A DNA stretch of 64,000 bases from Anthoceros angustus (lineage: Eukaryota > Plantae > Anthocerotophyta), in NCBI GenBank assembly GCA_010909165.1, contig MU008180.1:557884-621883 (forward strand). The letters run 5' to 3'. Positions 35,430 to 47,100 of the stretch are shown here, piece after piece (position 1 is the stretch's first letter; every line of letters begins with the position of its first letter). The notes below the pieces were generated by a model. That model ran no database searches. It was not told where the DNA came from and worked only from the letters and a program-made list of their open reading frames with translations. A program made the position numbers and the translations under genes.

Positions 35430-37035
35430 TGAGTCAATGCATGTCATGGTCCTTGGATTGGGAAATGCCCATGTCGTGCAGTCATTTGTCCTTCGCCATG
35501 ACATGTACATGCATGACATGGTCCACGGACATCGCATGACTTGGGCCATGACATGTATATGCATGTCATGGGCTTGACCATGGCATGCATTTACATGTCA
35601 TGGCGACATATATAGTCACGAATATCTCGCTCACATATAGCGGCGGCCACATTACGGCATTTCGAGGGCCAAGGACAAATGCGACCTCCTGTCATTGCAC
35701 AAGGATTTATTTGTCCTTGGGCCTCGACATGTGCATGTCATGGCCCATGGTCTTCATGTCCTTGGCCCATGGCGTGCATATACATGTCATGGGCCAAGGA
35801 CATGCATATGCATGTGTCCATGTGATGGTCAAGGAAACATTTTTCCTTTGACCATGAAATGTATATGCATGTGTCATCTTGCGCGACATTTATATAATAG
35901 CCATGGGCCAAGGACATTTATATAATTGCCATGGGCCAAGGACAAATTTGTCCTTGGGCCATGACATGTATATTACAAATTTTCATGCAAGGACCCTTGG
36001 CCCATGGCATAATGGCATGGTCAAGACCAGGACATGAACGCCATTTCGTGGGCCAAGGACACATTTGTCCTTGGCCCACGCAACTATATACATGGCATGG
36101 TGTGGCCCAGACATAAATTTTCATGCCGTGGGCCAAGGACAAATTGTCCACGGCCCGGGACATGTAAATTCATGTCATGGAAGGATTTGTCCTTGGCCCG
36201 GAAAGGCGATGCCACATATTGGTGTCTATATATGTATAGCAGATGAGTGTGGTGTAGACTTCATTTGGGAGGACATGCTATTATGAGGACTTAAAACACA
36301 AGGAGCGCATGATGAGGTGGCCAAACATGCATGGGGATGGGCCTAGTTGTCATGGGCCAAGGACAACTTTGAGCTTGGCCCATGACATGTAAATGCATGG
36401 CATGGTCTTAACCATGACATGCATATACATGGGCCAAGGACAAAGTTGTGCTTTACATGACATATGGATGTCATGGGCCAAGGAAAACTTTGTCCGCCCA
36501 TGACATGCATGCATGCATGCATGTGAGGACATGCATATGCATATATATGACATGACATTTATACATGCCATGGGCCAAGGACAAAGTTGTCCTTGGCCCA
36601 TGATGTCATATATATGCATGTCATGGGCCAAGGACAACTTTGTCCTTGGCCCATGGCATGTATATGCATGTCATCAATGACACATGTATACATGACATGG
36701 TCCAATGAAAATGTTTCCTTGGACCATGTCATGTATATCATGGTCATGTCATGGTGGGCCATGACATGTATATGCATGTTATGGGCCAGGACATGGACCA
36801 TGGGCCATGACATGGACGATTTCGAGGCCCAAGGACAAATAGTTCCTTGGGCAATGACAAGCGGCATATGTCCTCGGCCCTCGAAATGACTGTGAATGTT
36901 CTTGGCCGTCGAAATGTGTGCGGAATTTGGTGACTATATATGTCTACGAGTGATAAGTGTGGTCATCGATTGATTAGGTCCCACTTGTTATAATGAGGAG
37001 TTGAGACATAAGGGGCGATGAGGTGGCAAACTTTG
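35430..37035. repeat. Foldback-like array of CATG-rich motifs (catgtcatgggccaaggacaa and inverse) with ~120-bp imperfect inverted arms
   Basis: Many gggccaagga/tccttggccc copies in both orientations. Arms begin gacatatatagtcac (35605) and end gtgactatatatgtc (36944). 36220-36330 is a diverged direct repeat of 36928-37035. Confidence 0.85.
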
Positions 37036-39840
37036 AATGGCGCCGTGATGCAATGTCGATGCGGCATCGCATGCACGGTCAGAGACATGGCCTATTACTT
37101 ACTGACCACAGTGTTACTTCCACTTGCATCTTCAATCAATCTGCAGTTGCAATCTTTTGTCTCGGTTCGCTCTCAAGCTTTCGACTTTCTTGGCTTACAA
37201 AGATGGTGTGGGGCGTGGACTTGAGGATTTGGTGAGGCCTCGCACCGACTTCAACTCGCCGTGACACAGCCGGTGAAGATGGCGTTGCGCTCGGAGGCGT
37301 CGCCGTCTGCGCGAGCAATGGCGATATGGCGGCAGAGCGGCTGGTGGTGGGCAAGCACTGAGTGAGGGACCACGTGCGGCACGTGGTCATGGAAGTGTCA
37401 CGGCTCGGCGGTGGGAAGCAGCGGAGGTGGAAAGCGGTGGGTGGACCCATAGACTCCATCGAGGCGGCAGGGAGGCGTGGCGGAGGGTGGCACAGTGACA
37501 ACAGACACAGGGAGCGCCACCATGAAGATGGGCGGGCAAGTGTCCCTTCCAAGGTTGCGGAGGCGGTGATGGCGATGCCCAGCAAGTTGCACGAGGGTGG
37601 GGATGGGAAGGAAGATGCTTCCACCATCAACCCCCTGGGAGGGAGCGCACCGCTCCTATGGGCGATTCGGCTGCTCGGAGGGTTTTGGTCCTCTGGAGTG
37701 GCGGAGGTGGCCCTTCCTGGAGCAGTGGTCCTGGGAGCGAACATCGGTCCCCCGCCCTTGTGGCATGGATGCCCTAGCAAGTGCGCTCACGGGCCGCCCA
37801 TCCCACTCCCGGGAGGGGACCACTTGCCTATGCCTGCAATGCGAGCGAGGTGCACGCGAGCCAAGGGAGGAAGGGCATGCTCCCACCTCCACCGTGAAGA
37901 ACAAGGATGTGGGAGATGAGGACAGGTTGAGGGGCAAGCCCGGAGGCCGAGACGCCGACTCGAGGCGGATGGAAATGGCGAGGCGAGGACAATTGCGAGG
38001 ATGAGAGGTGGGTGACATGGAAGAACGGGTGGCGAGGGGTCCCCACCGCAACTCCGGCAGAGATAGGAGAACTCACCACACTGCCGCTCGGCAACTCGCC
38101 ATTGTCGAGCTCCACGGGCGGGGAGGAGTGTTTATGGTCATCACCTGTGCGATGGAGGTTGGGTCGAAAATGAGGATCGGTGATCGGTGGAGGATGAAGA
38201 AGGCTGAGGAGGGCCTTCCATCCGTGTCTTGGAGCTAGTGTGTGCGAAGATGGCGTTGATGGTGCCGTGGACAAGCCATGACGAGTCCGAGGGTGAGTAT
38301 GGTAGAGATTGAGTTTCCGGTGTCGAGGGATGAGATTGTGGCGAGGTTTGCGGTGCATCACGGACAAGGAACCTAGCGAAGAAGGTGAGGCAAGGCGCAT
38401 TGATATGGAGGGAGAAGGGTAAGGATGCGAAATGGCTCCATCCGCCGAATGTCTAGAAGGCATGGAGGAAGGCCGTGGGCGAGGTGGTTCGTTGCACAAG
38501 AATGGGGGTGTGGCCAACACCTCCAGCTGCAACGTCTGCAAGGCTGCAAAAGCATGATCAAGGGACCAATCCCTTTGGTCCACTAGGGGCGAAAGATTTT
38601 GAAAGGAAGTTCGTACAGCGGTGGGGAGGGCAGCGGTGAGGAGGCTGTGGGCAGCGAGGAATGGCTTGGAGAACATGCCGGAGTATTGAGAGGTAAGGGA
38701 AAAGGCATGGTGGCGGTGAGAGGGCAAGTGGGCGAGGCAACGCTTGTCGTGATGTGATCACAGGTGGCATGTGCGGGATGCTTGGAGCAGGAATGCAAGA
38801 GGAAGCAATGGGCGAGGCGGGCGGTACACATGCAGGCGTTGAAGAGGGTGGGGGGACAACGAGGGAGAGGGAGGAAGGCGGTTGCTGGTGGGCAGGCTGG
38901 AAGAAGGGGGACAAGGTGGAAGTGGTGGCACACGGAGGATCACACGGGCGTGTCGAAAAGTGTAAGTGCAAATGTGTAACATGTCATGCAAATGGCGATG
39001 CAATGGGCGAAATCGCTGTGCTTTCTTGCAGCCATGGTGGTCGTAAAAGAAGCCGGTGGAAGGATGTGTGGGAAAGCAGAGCACATGAGGCGTGAGCAAG
39101 GGAAGCGGGCACCAAGCATGACACCAACAAGCAAAGGAAGAAAAGCGGGTTCTACACGGAAGAAGAAGAAGAATCCTCCGAGGACAACCAATGAGTGTAG
39201 GGTGTCCAAGAAGCCTAAGTAGCATAGGATTTAGTTTTATGTAGGAAGAAAGTGAGGGCTTCGAGTTAGCGCCATCTAGATGAATGTGTGGTTCGGGCGC
39301 GGTGGTGATGTGAAGGCGAAAGGGAGAAGCTTGGCTGCACGAATCGATGACTCGATGTGAGACAATTGTGACATTCTTGTTTTGTGACAAGCGAATTCTT
39401 TGGTAGGTGTGGGTTGAAATACGATTGCTAGGTTTCTTTGCATGTGTGAAAAAACGACCAGCGAGGGGTTAAGCGTGACGCCATTGCTCATGTGCGGACA
39501 AAAGCATGGGATTAGTCCTCATGTACCACCCTTTCCCAATTTCGGGACATCAAGGTATGTATGTATAAAGGAACCTAGTTGTCCATGCACTCGCGTTGGT
39601 GGAGTGGAGGAGGCGGATGGTGACGAACAAGCGGTCGCGTGTTGAAGCCCGAGTCAAGCGATTTTGCAAGCGCAACAACAAAAGAGGTGAGGCGGTCGAC
39701 AATATGCGATATAGCCGCTCGGCGAGAAACGATATCATCGAAATAAAAATCATAATCCTGTTGTTCATGTATGTCCGTATCTACAAGTAGGTACGTACGA
39801 AGGTAATGTGTATTCTATCTCTACCAGTATATCAGGCAAA

Positions 39841-39923
39841 AGCCATAAACAAATAGTATACAAGCCAATAATAGCTATGGTAAGCCATAAACAATTAGTA
39901 TACAAGCCAATAATAGCTATGGT
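39841..39923 (+). repeat. 42-bp tandem duplication in the CACTA right arm
   Basis: aagccataaaca(a/t)tagtatacaagccaataatagctatggt twice. Confidence 0.9.
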
Positions 39924-41131
39924 AGGGAAAACAGGTTGATATAGGAATTATGGCTGTCAGGTGGTAGAGGAAGGAGACAATTAATGAGAGACAATTAATG
40001 AGCATGTTAGTGTGATATCCAGGTTTGGGCGCCATTAACAATAGTTGTGAGAGAGTGCAATGAAGAGCAATAGGAAAAACATTAACTAATTGTACTTCCA
40101 ATGGGGTGTAATAAAGGGGGATAGAGAGAGAGGGTCCTTGTTATCATGTTGCATTTGCATGAGGGAATTCATAAACAATGCGTATGAGAGGGATGTAGTT
40201 AAGAGGGTGAAGTGGTAGGAGAGAGAGCAAGGTTCGTGTTAAGATTGTAGGCCCAATGGAAAGAAATGACAAACTTAATACCAAGCCTCCAAATGATGTT
40301 GCAAGTTACAAGTGTAACATAAAATTGCAACAACGATAACATAGGGGCCATTTCTAGTAGGAGAGTGGCTTCGCTTCAATGGTCCGGGCCTTCGCCCGCA
40401 CACCCATGGGATTATGCTCGTCGAGTCCACCGGTGGCATAACCATTTTTGGGTCTCCTCCTCGAGCTTGGTGCACTGTCACCAACTTCTCCTTCTCAATG
40501 ACCTTGGCATGAAGCACAGGGGTGACCACGTCGATCTTAGTGGCATGCTGGTCACGGCAAAGTGCCACCAGAGAGCACGAACTCACCACGTCAGCTCGGG
40601 CATGCTGGTCATGGCAAAGTGCCATTAGTGCACGAGAAGTGACCACTTCTTGTCGAGTGTCCACTGGCACACATATCCCCATATGCCGTCGTGCAGCACT
40701 TCGGCATCCAGTGCCTGTGCATCCACATGTGGGCCTAGGGGTCAACATCCGCTTGAATAACTCCCATCTCATGGCGAGGCCATGGGTACTTCTGTTTTTC
40801 TCCTTCACAACTACACAATGCGCACTTCAAGAGGGTGTCAAATTCCACATCCAGGGCTTCCCTTCAAGCTCCACTCTTGCCGCAATCAAGTGCAAGGCCT
40901 CCCAGTTGGAGTGAAAGGCCCGTTAACCCGGCCCGCAATGGCTCCTGCATGTTGATCTCGCCAGCCATTGTGCACAAACCCGTGGAAGAGCAGTTCTTCA
41001 ACCGTGTTGTTCTCACTTGTTGCTCCTAGAGTTGGGGCTGCCACACATGTTGCCATAAGGTGCATCATCTTCAACTACCTGTGGTGTGGCGGGATGCCTC
41101 GGCACATAGTCAGCCACCGGGAGGGTTTGCC

Positions 41132-44100
41132 CAAGATTTTATGCCTAATGTAGATCAATTATTATAGAATAATTACATTGTTGGATCAAGAAAGAAGTAA
41201 GTTGCTTATGCATGAAAGACAACTAAACTAGATTTAATGAAGCGTTGTGTATCATTCACTTAGAGATCGTAACCCTAATGAAACGACACCATGTATCTAG
41301 AAAATGAAACCCTAGCATATCTTGGTATATATGGATAACTTAAACCCCTAAACCCTAACTATGATATCAACATTGTATATCATTACTCCCACTTGTTGTA
41401 AATAGTTAAATGGCCCCTTCAAAACAACTGCTCGTGAGGAGTTGAGCTCCGGGTTTGCCAATCTTCCGTTTTGCCATCTAGTGGTGGTAGAGCTTTACGC
41501 CCATCTCGCATGTCTTTACGGACACTATATGGAATGTCATGTGTTGTACGAAGGTGAAGCCCGAGGGCCGCTCCTTTATAATTCTCCTTTACGCCTCGCC
41601 TCATGACCGATCGCCTTGAGAGAAGGTTTGCAATGAGCCATATCGAGATGGCGTCACCGTCTTCAGTCGAGGGGTACTTTGCCCAAGAAGTCAGCCTTCA
41701 AAATGCTCTAGGGCTTGCCTGCTCGTACGAGGAGACTTCTACCGATAATTTTGAAAGGGGAATATACTAACCCCTTCTCGACACAAGACCCCTTGTCAAC
41801 GAAGAACACCTTACCTAAAACAAGATATTAGCCCTACTTTGATAATGCACACACCCTTTCTCGAGGTCATACCATGATAAATGCCGCACTTTCAAGTGAA
41901 CACCCTAGAAATGGAGCAGGAGAGGGTGCGGGCCGTGCATTTTGTAGAATGTTTAGAGGGCTGCCATTTTCATATGTTTGGCAACCGAAAACTTTTACTT
42001 TGAAGTGGTGGAACACAATGAAAACAATCTCCTACTGAGGAGTCTCATTTTAATCATCGTAAGAACATTGCAACAAACATCCGCTAAAGGAGGAGTGGTC
42101 ATCGGCATCGACATAGTCATTGAAGAGTGCGGCGACTCACATCCATGCCTTGCATCGACACCGAGTCAAGAACCACCGCCATATATTAGGATGCGGTCCA
42201 TATCGTCGCCTCAAAGTTATCGTTCTCCTCCATTGCTTGCTGCCTTCAATAGTATCATTTCACAGGCCCACCATCGACGGTGTGGGCGCCACACAAAGAT
42301 CTAGGGTTTCGCGACCCTCATCCAAAAGGTCGTCGTAGTCTTCAACCTTCCGCTCAATGCAACCACTTGGGCTTTAAGGCAATGCCAGCGTCCTTAAAAT
42401 GAACAAAGTTAGTTGCCCATGCAAGCATCCTTAAAATCAACAAAGTTGAGTTATTAAAAAGATATAGGTTTTGAACCCTGATCCTATTCATTACTAATCC
42501 TTTTTCCCAAACACTAGACCAACAATCCCAAGTTGGAAACCAATGGAGCCACTACATATTTATTTTCTCAAAGACGATATGAGGAGGGCCTGGGCGGCCA
42601 CTGGCAGTATGAGCGGGTGTGCTAGGGGAGGCGGCCTGGCCAAGGCGTGGCGTGTTGGTGGGGCGCGGCCGGCGGCAAGGCGGGGGCGTACCGGCCAGGC
42701 GCCCATGGGCAAGGTGTGCTAGAAGTGCGCGGCGGCAGGCGCCATGGGCGAGGTATGTGGGAGGGGCGGCCGGCCCGGCGCCCATGGGGTGTGCGGGGGC
42801 GCTGAGGCCGGGCAGGGCAGGCGTGTTGAAGTCTTGGCCGGCCGCCCATGGTGGTGTTAGGGGAGGCGGCCGGCGGGCGGCGCCATGAGTGGCTGGCTCT
42901 TGGGGGCACGGCGGCCGCGCCTCCCTAGCTCCACCCTGACCGGTGGTGCTTGGGGAGGCGCCCGGCCGGCCGCCGCAGCCTGCTTGCCGTGGTGGCCGAT
43001 GGGTGGCGTGTGTGGAGGGAGGCGGCCCGTGTGCGCCAACCACCGTGGGGTGGGCAACGGAGTGGCGCCTGGCGGGGCGGCCGGCCGGCGCCTCCTCACG
43101 CGCCACCGTGGTGGGTCGTATGGGTGGTGCGTGGAGGGAGGGCCGCGGCCTTCCGAGCCCTCCACCCGTCAGCGCCGGTGGTGGTGCGAGGCGGGCGCCG
43201 GCCGGCGCCATCCCTCCCGCGCGCACCACACAACCCCGGCGGGTGGTCGCGCGGATAGGGGCGCCGCCGGCCGCCGCCTCCTCCACGTGCCACCAGCATA
43301 AGGCTGGTGGTGCAGGGAGGGCGCCGCCGGCCGCCTCCTCCACGCGCCCATTGTGGCCCTCCTTCCACACCCCATCGTGGCACCGCGAATTCGGTGGGCT
43401 AACCTTAGAAGCAACCTTGGAATGAAGCTAACCTTAGAAGCAAATGCGAAATCGAGCTTGCCATTCAAGAATCTTTTTTGACATCAAACATTTGCGATTC
43501 ATAGTCCTTATAGGGGTGTGCACATAATGCTCGTATGGTTGGCGAGTTTCACAACCTGAGCGAATGTCTCCAAATAGTCCAAGCCTCGGAACTTGTGAAA
43601 ATCCACGAGCCACTAGTCTTTGTACCTATCGAAGGTACCATCAGCCTTGACTTTCAATTTGAAGACCCACTTACAAGACACCATTTTCAGGAGGTAATTT
43701 TGACAACTCCCATGTGCCGTTCTCAATCAATGAGTCATATTAATTTATAGCTTTCCACTCCTTGTGATCTCGTGCTCAAAGCCTCGGCATAAGACCGTGG
43801 TTCTCTGAGTGGTCGAGGTTAGTAGCGACCTTCATGTGAAATACGATAATCGAGGCACGATAATAATCAGGAGGTCGACGTTCTCGAGTAGGGTAACGTC
43901 GAGCAAGCTCTGGCTCAGGTTCTTGTTCAAGTTGAGGGTCTAGATCTTGTTCAAGTTCAGGTTCTGAAACATAATCTTCTTCCTCGTCAGTTGCATTCTG
44001 ATCAGCTTCATCGTCAGCTGTTGCATCAGCAAGTGCTTGATCTGGTTGAGGAATGTGATCCTGTACATCTGGCAGTGGCATGTCAAGTTGAATTCGTGTT

Positions 44101-47100
44101 GAGTTCTTCTTCAAACACCGATTTTCCCTCCTGCGGAACATTTTCATCACTGCACGAGTACCATGATCTGTCAGATCATAATGAGAAAGCTCAAGACTAT
44201 CCTCAGGGTCATCAGGTTCAGGAGCATGAACATGTGCTCCCCAAGCCCAAGTCTTTGTTTCATCGAAGGTAACACTTCAGCATAAATGACCTTGTTAGAA
44301 GGAACATCATATAGTTTATATGCTTTTATCCCTCCGTGTCAACATGAGCAACTGCTGCAGCCGCGAAAGCTTGGTTCGCCATCCGGTATGAAGGCATATG
44401 CAAGGCAGCCAAACGTCCTCAAGTCTTTGGATGGATGGCTTTGCTGTAAGCTTCATAAGGAGTTTTGCCTTCTTGGCATGGTGGGTAACCGTTCGAAAGG
44501 TTGAGGTCATCAAAGCCTACGCCCATGGGTAAAGGCGGTTGAGCATCATCGAATGAGGAGACCATCTCCTGCGGTGTGAGATTCAAACTGCCACTCCATT
44601 CTGGGGAGTGTATACCTTTGTGAGTTGGCGTCAATGCCTTCATCTTTCAGGCTGAATTCATTAGAGGTGAATTCCCGCCATTGTCACGATCTTAGTGTCT
44701 TGAGCTGCTTTCCGTCCAACGCGTTAACTTGATGTATTCCTTGAAATAGGGCTTATTCGCTCTTGTTCTTGAGGATGTAGGTGGTGACAAATCGCTTTTG
44801 TCATCATAAGCGTTAAGAAATAACGCCCACCACCTATGGACGCTTGATAAGGGTCCACACAAATCAGATACAAGCTCAAGTACATCAAGCACGGTGAGGT
44901 GCTTTGTTCTTGAAAGCGTGTTTCTTGACAAAACACAAGCCTCACATAAGGGTATAGGAGTCAAGGGGCCAATAGGTCCATCTTGATCTGTGTCACCATT
45001 TTTTAGCTTTGCCATGGAGGATGACTAGGCGTGCATGCCACGAGCCTTTCTTTGTTTGTTGTGCGAGATGCAAGAGGCGTCTTGTGTCGGTGGGACTCGC
45101 TACTCCATGCAAATGGAGATGGGACATATCATGGTCCAAGACCCATGCGCAAGTACCTTTCTAGGGTCAAATGCATCTATGATTACATTTCTTGTGATAC
45201 GACATGGTATTGTGATTCAATCTTATAACGATCGGGTTTCTAGTCATCTCGGGCACATAGTAGACATCTTCTTGAGTGTGTTTCCGAGGGAACTATTAAC
45301 TCAAGCGCCACGACCCGGTGAGACTAGAGACCTATCGTCCCCAAGGTAAACATATTGATCGAAGCTATGTTTTAAATTCATTCCTATCAAAGCATGTGCG
45401 AGCACCGATTCTAAGAACCATTCGATGTTGGTTTTGATTCACTTTGGAGGAAAGACAAGGCGACAATGGACTAGCAAACTCCCTAGTCCCAATAGAGCCG
45501 ATGGGGTATTAACCTTTTTACCACAACATTTGATTCAAAGACCGGTTCCTCCTTGCGAGGAATTCCACTGCTTTTGCGGCACTCTTTTCCCAATGGCTGT
45601 GCAGCGATTGCACCACGGTGTTCACAGCTTCTTTTTTTTCTTCCCGGTGAGGATCCAGAGCTACCTCCCCGAAGAGTTTCCACCACCTCCTTTGGAGAAG
45701 GGCTTCTTCCTCCTCCTTGCCCTGGTGTGGGGCCTGTTGTTTTCCTCTTATGGTTGGTCCTGGCCGGCTTTTCAAAGATGGAACTCACGAGGCATGAGAA
45801 GCTCATTTCATTTCTATGCCTTGCTTTTAACTAACGAGCTTGTGTTTGAGCAGAGTGAGAAGTCAGGAAATGTGACCATGACTGCGAAGCGAAAGAAGGA
45901 GCCTCATCATTTCATCATCTCCGGCAACTTTGAGGCACCACAGTGAGGCTAGGGTCCTCAAGGTACTATGATAAAGACAAGCATATATTGAAAATAAGAG
46001 CATAATACAAAAGTAATCGTCGTCCATGTTTAAATAGTATATTAAGGATAACCTAATCAAACTAATCTACCACTAACCGAAAGTTAGGGTAAACACAATT
46101 AACTCTAACACCCCACTTAACCTAACGAGGTTAAAAGGAGTTAAAGCCACAAGAACACCACACCAAGTCCAGTAAACACGAGGAAACACAGCACAAGCGT
46201 GCAAACTAACTCCACCCGCGAGGACACATTTCCTCGCGATGGCGGCCACCAAGAATTATGCACGGTGATCGAGCTTAAAAGCCGCACCCATAGCACACAA
46301 ACCCGGGCACCACCGCTCAACACCACGAGTCCATCAGGTGATGCTCGCCACGCGCTCCATGAAAAATCCATGCCGCGACTCCGATCGACAATCTCAAGCC
46401 GATGGCGTCCGATAGTGCGCCAAGAACCACAAACGGTATGAAGCCGGGCGTGATCGATTCTCCACCAAGATCATCGCGCCACACTCGCACTCCAGCGCCA
46501 CGGAAAAAGGCGCCACGACGATCACGGTCGGCACCAAGTGACGGATGGCCCGCGACGGCGGGCTTACTTGCCGGGCGACAAAAAGCGAGACCGGTGGCGT
46601 CCGAGGCTCAATCAACAAAAGACGATCGATCTTTGTCAACGCCGGATGAGACACAAGCCGAGAACCACTCACGCGAAGAAATTACAAAAGGCGGTAGCGA
46701 GTCGAAGATGAGAGCAAAAGGGACCCGAGGACTTCGTGTTACACACAGTCGACACACGCCTTTCAAAGCATTTTGTTGTTGTTTTCGTTTGTGTTCGATT
46801 TGTGTGTGATCTGACTGGATTAAATAACAAAGTGTGATGCTTCACCATGCCAATCTCATTTCACTTATGTTCAGCATTTTGCAGGTCCATAAATCCCAAA
46901 AATACATAGGAGAGTATAGCTGAAAATTAGATAGTAATTCCATATTGTAGAAAACCAAGTGTCACTCTCCTCATATATATAAAATCGATTTTGATATAGG
47001 GGTTGGGAGCTTAAACTCCCTTAAACCCAAACTAGCAAGATGCTTAAAATGCCTAGGTTGTGAAAGACCCTTTGTCAATATATCGTGCGTTTTACGAAGT

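Larger units (their letters stand above)
25838..40361 (-). mobile_element. CACTA/EnSpm DNA transposon (14.5 kb) with CCCTA termini and 3-bp TSD AGA
   Basis: TIRs CCCTACTAGAAATGGCCACCTATGTT and AACATAGGGGCCATTTCTAGTAGG; AGA on both flanks; empty site ttgAGAgtgg at ~54921; TTGTTA/TTGTTG subterminal repeats. Confidence 0.92.

Noticed and set aside
35293-36889. Met/His/Cys-rich ORFs
   Set aside because: Translation artefacts of the CATG-rich repeat array.
41341-41358. Interstitial telomere
   Set aside because: Only about two units, present in both LTRs; part of the LTR.
42552-43468. Several long overlapping ORFs
   Set aside because: Extreme GC content removes stop codons in all frames; no domain signal.
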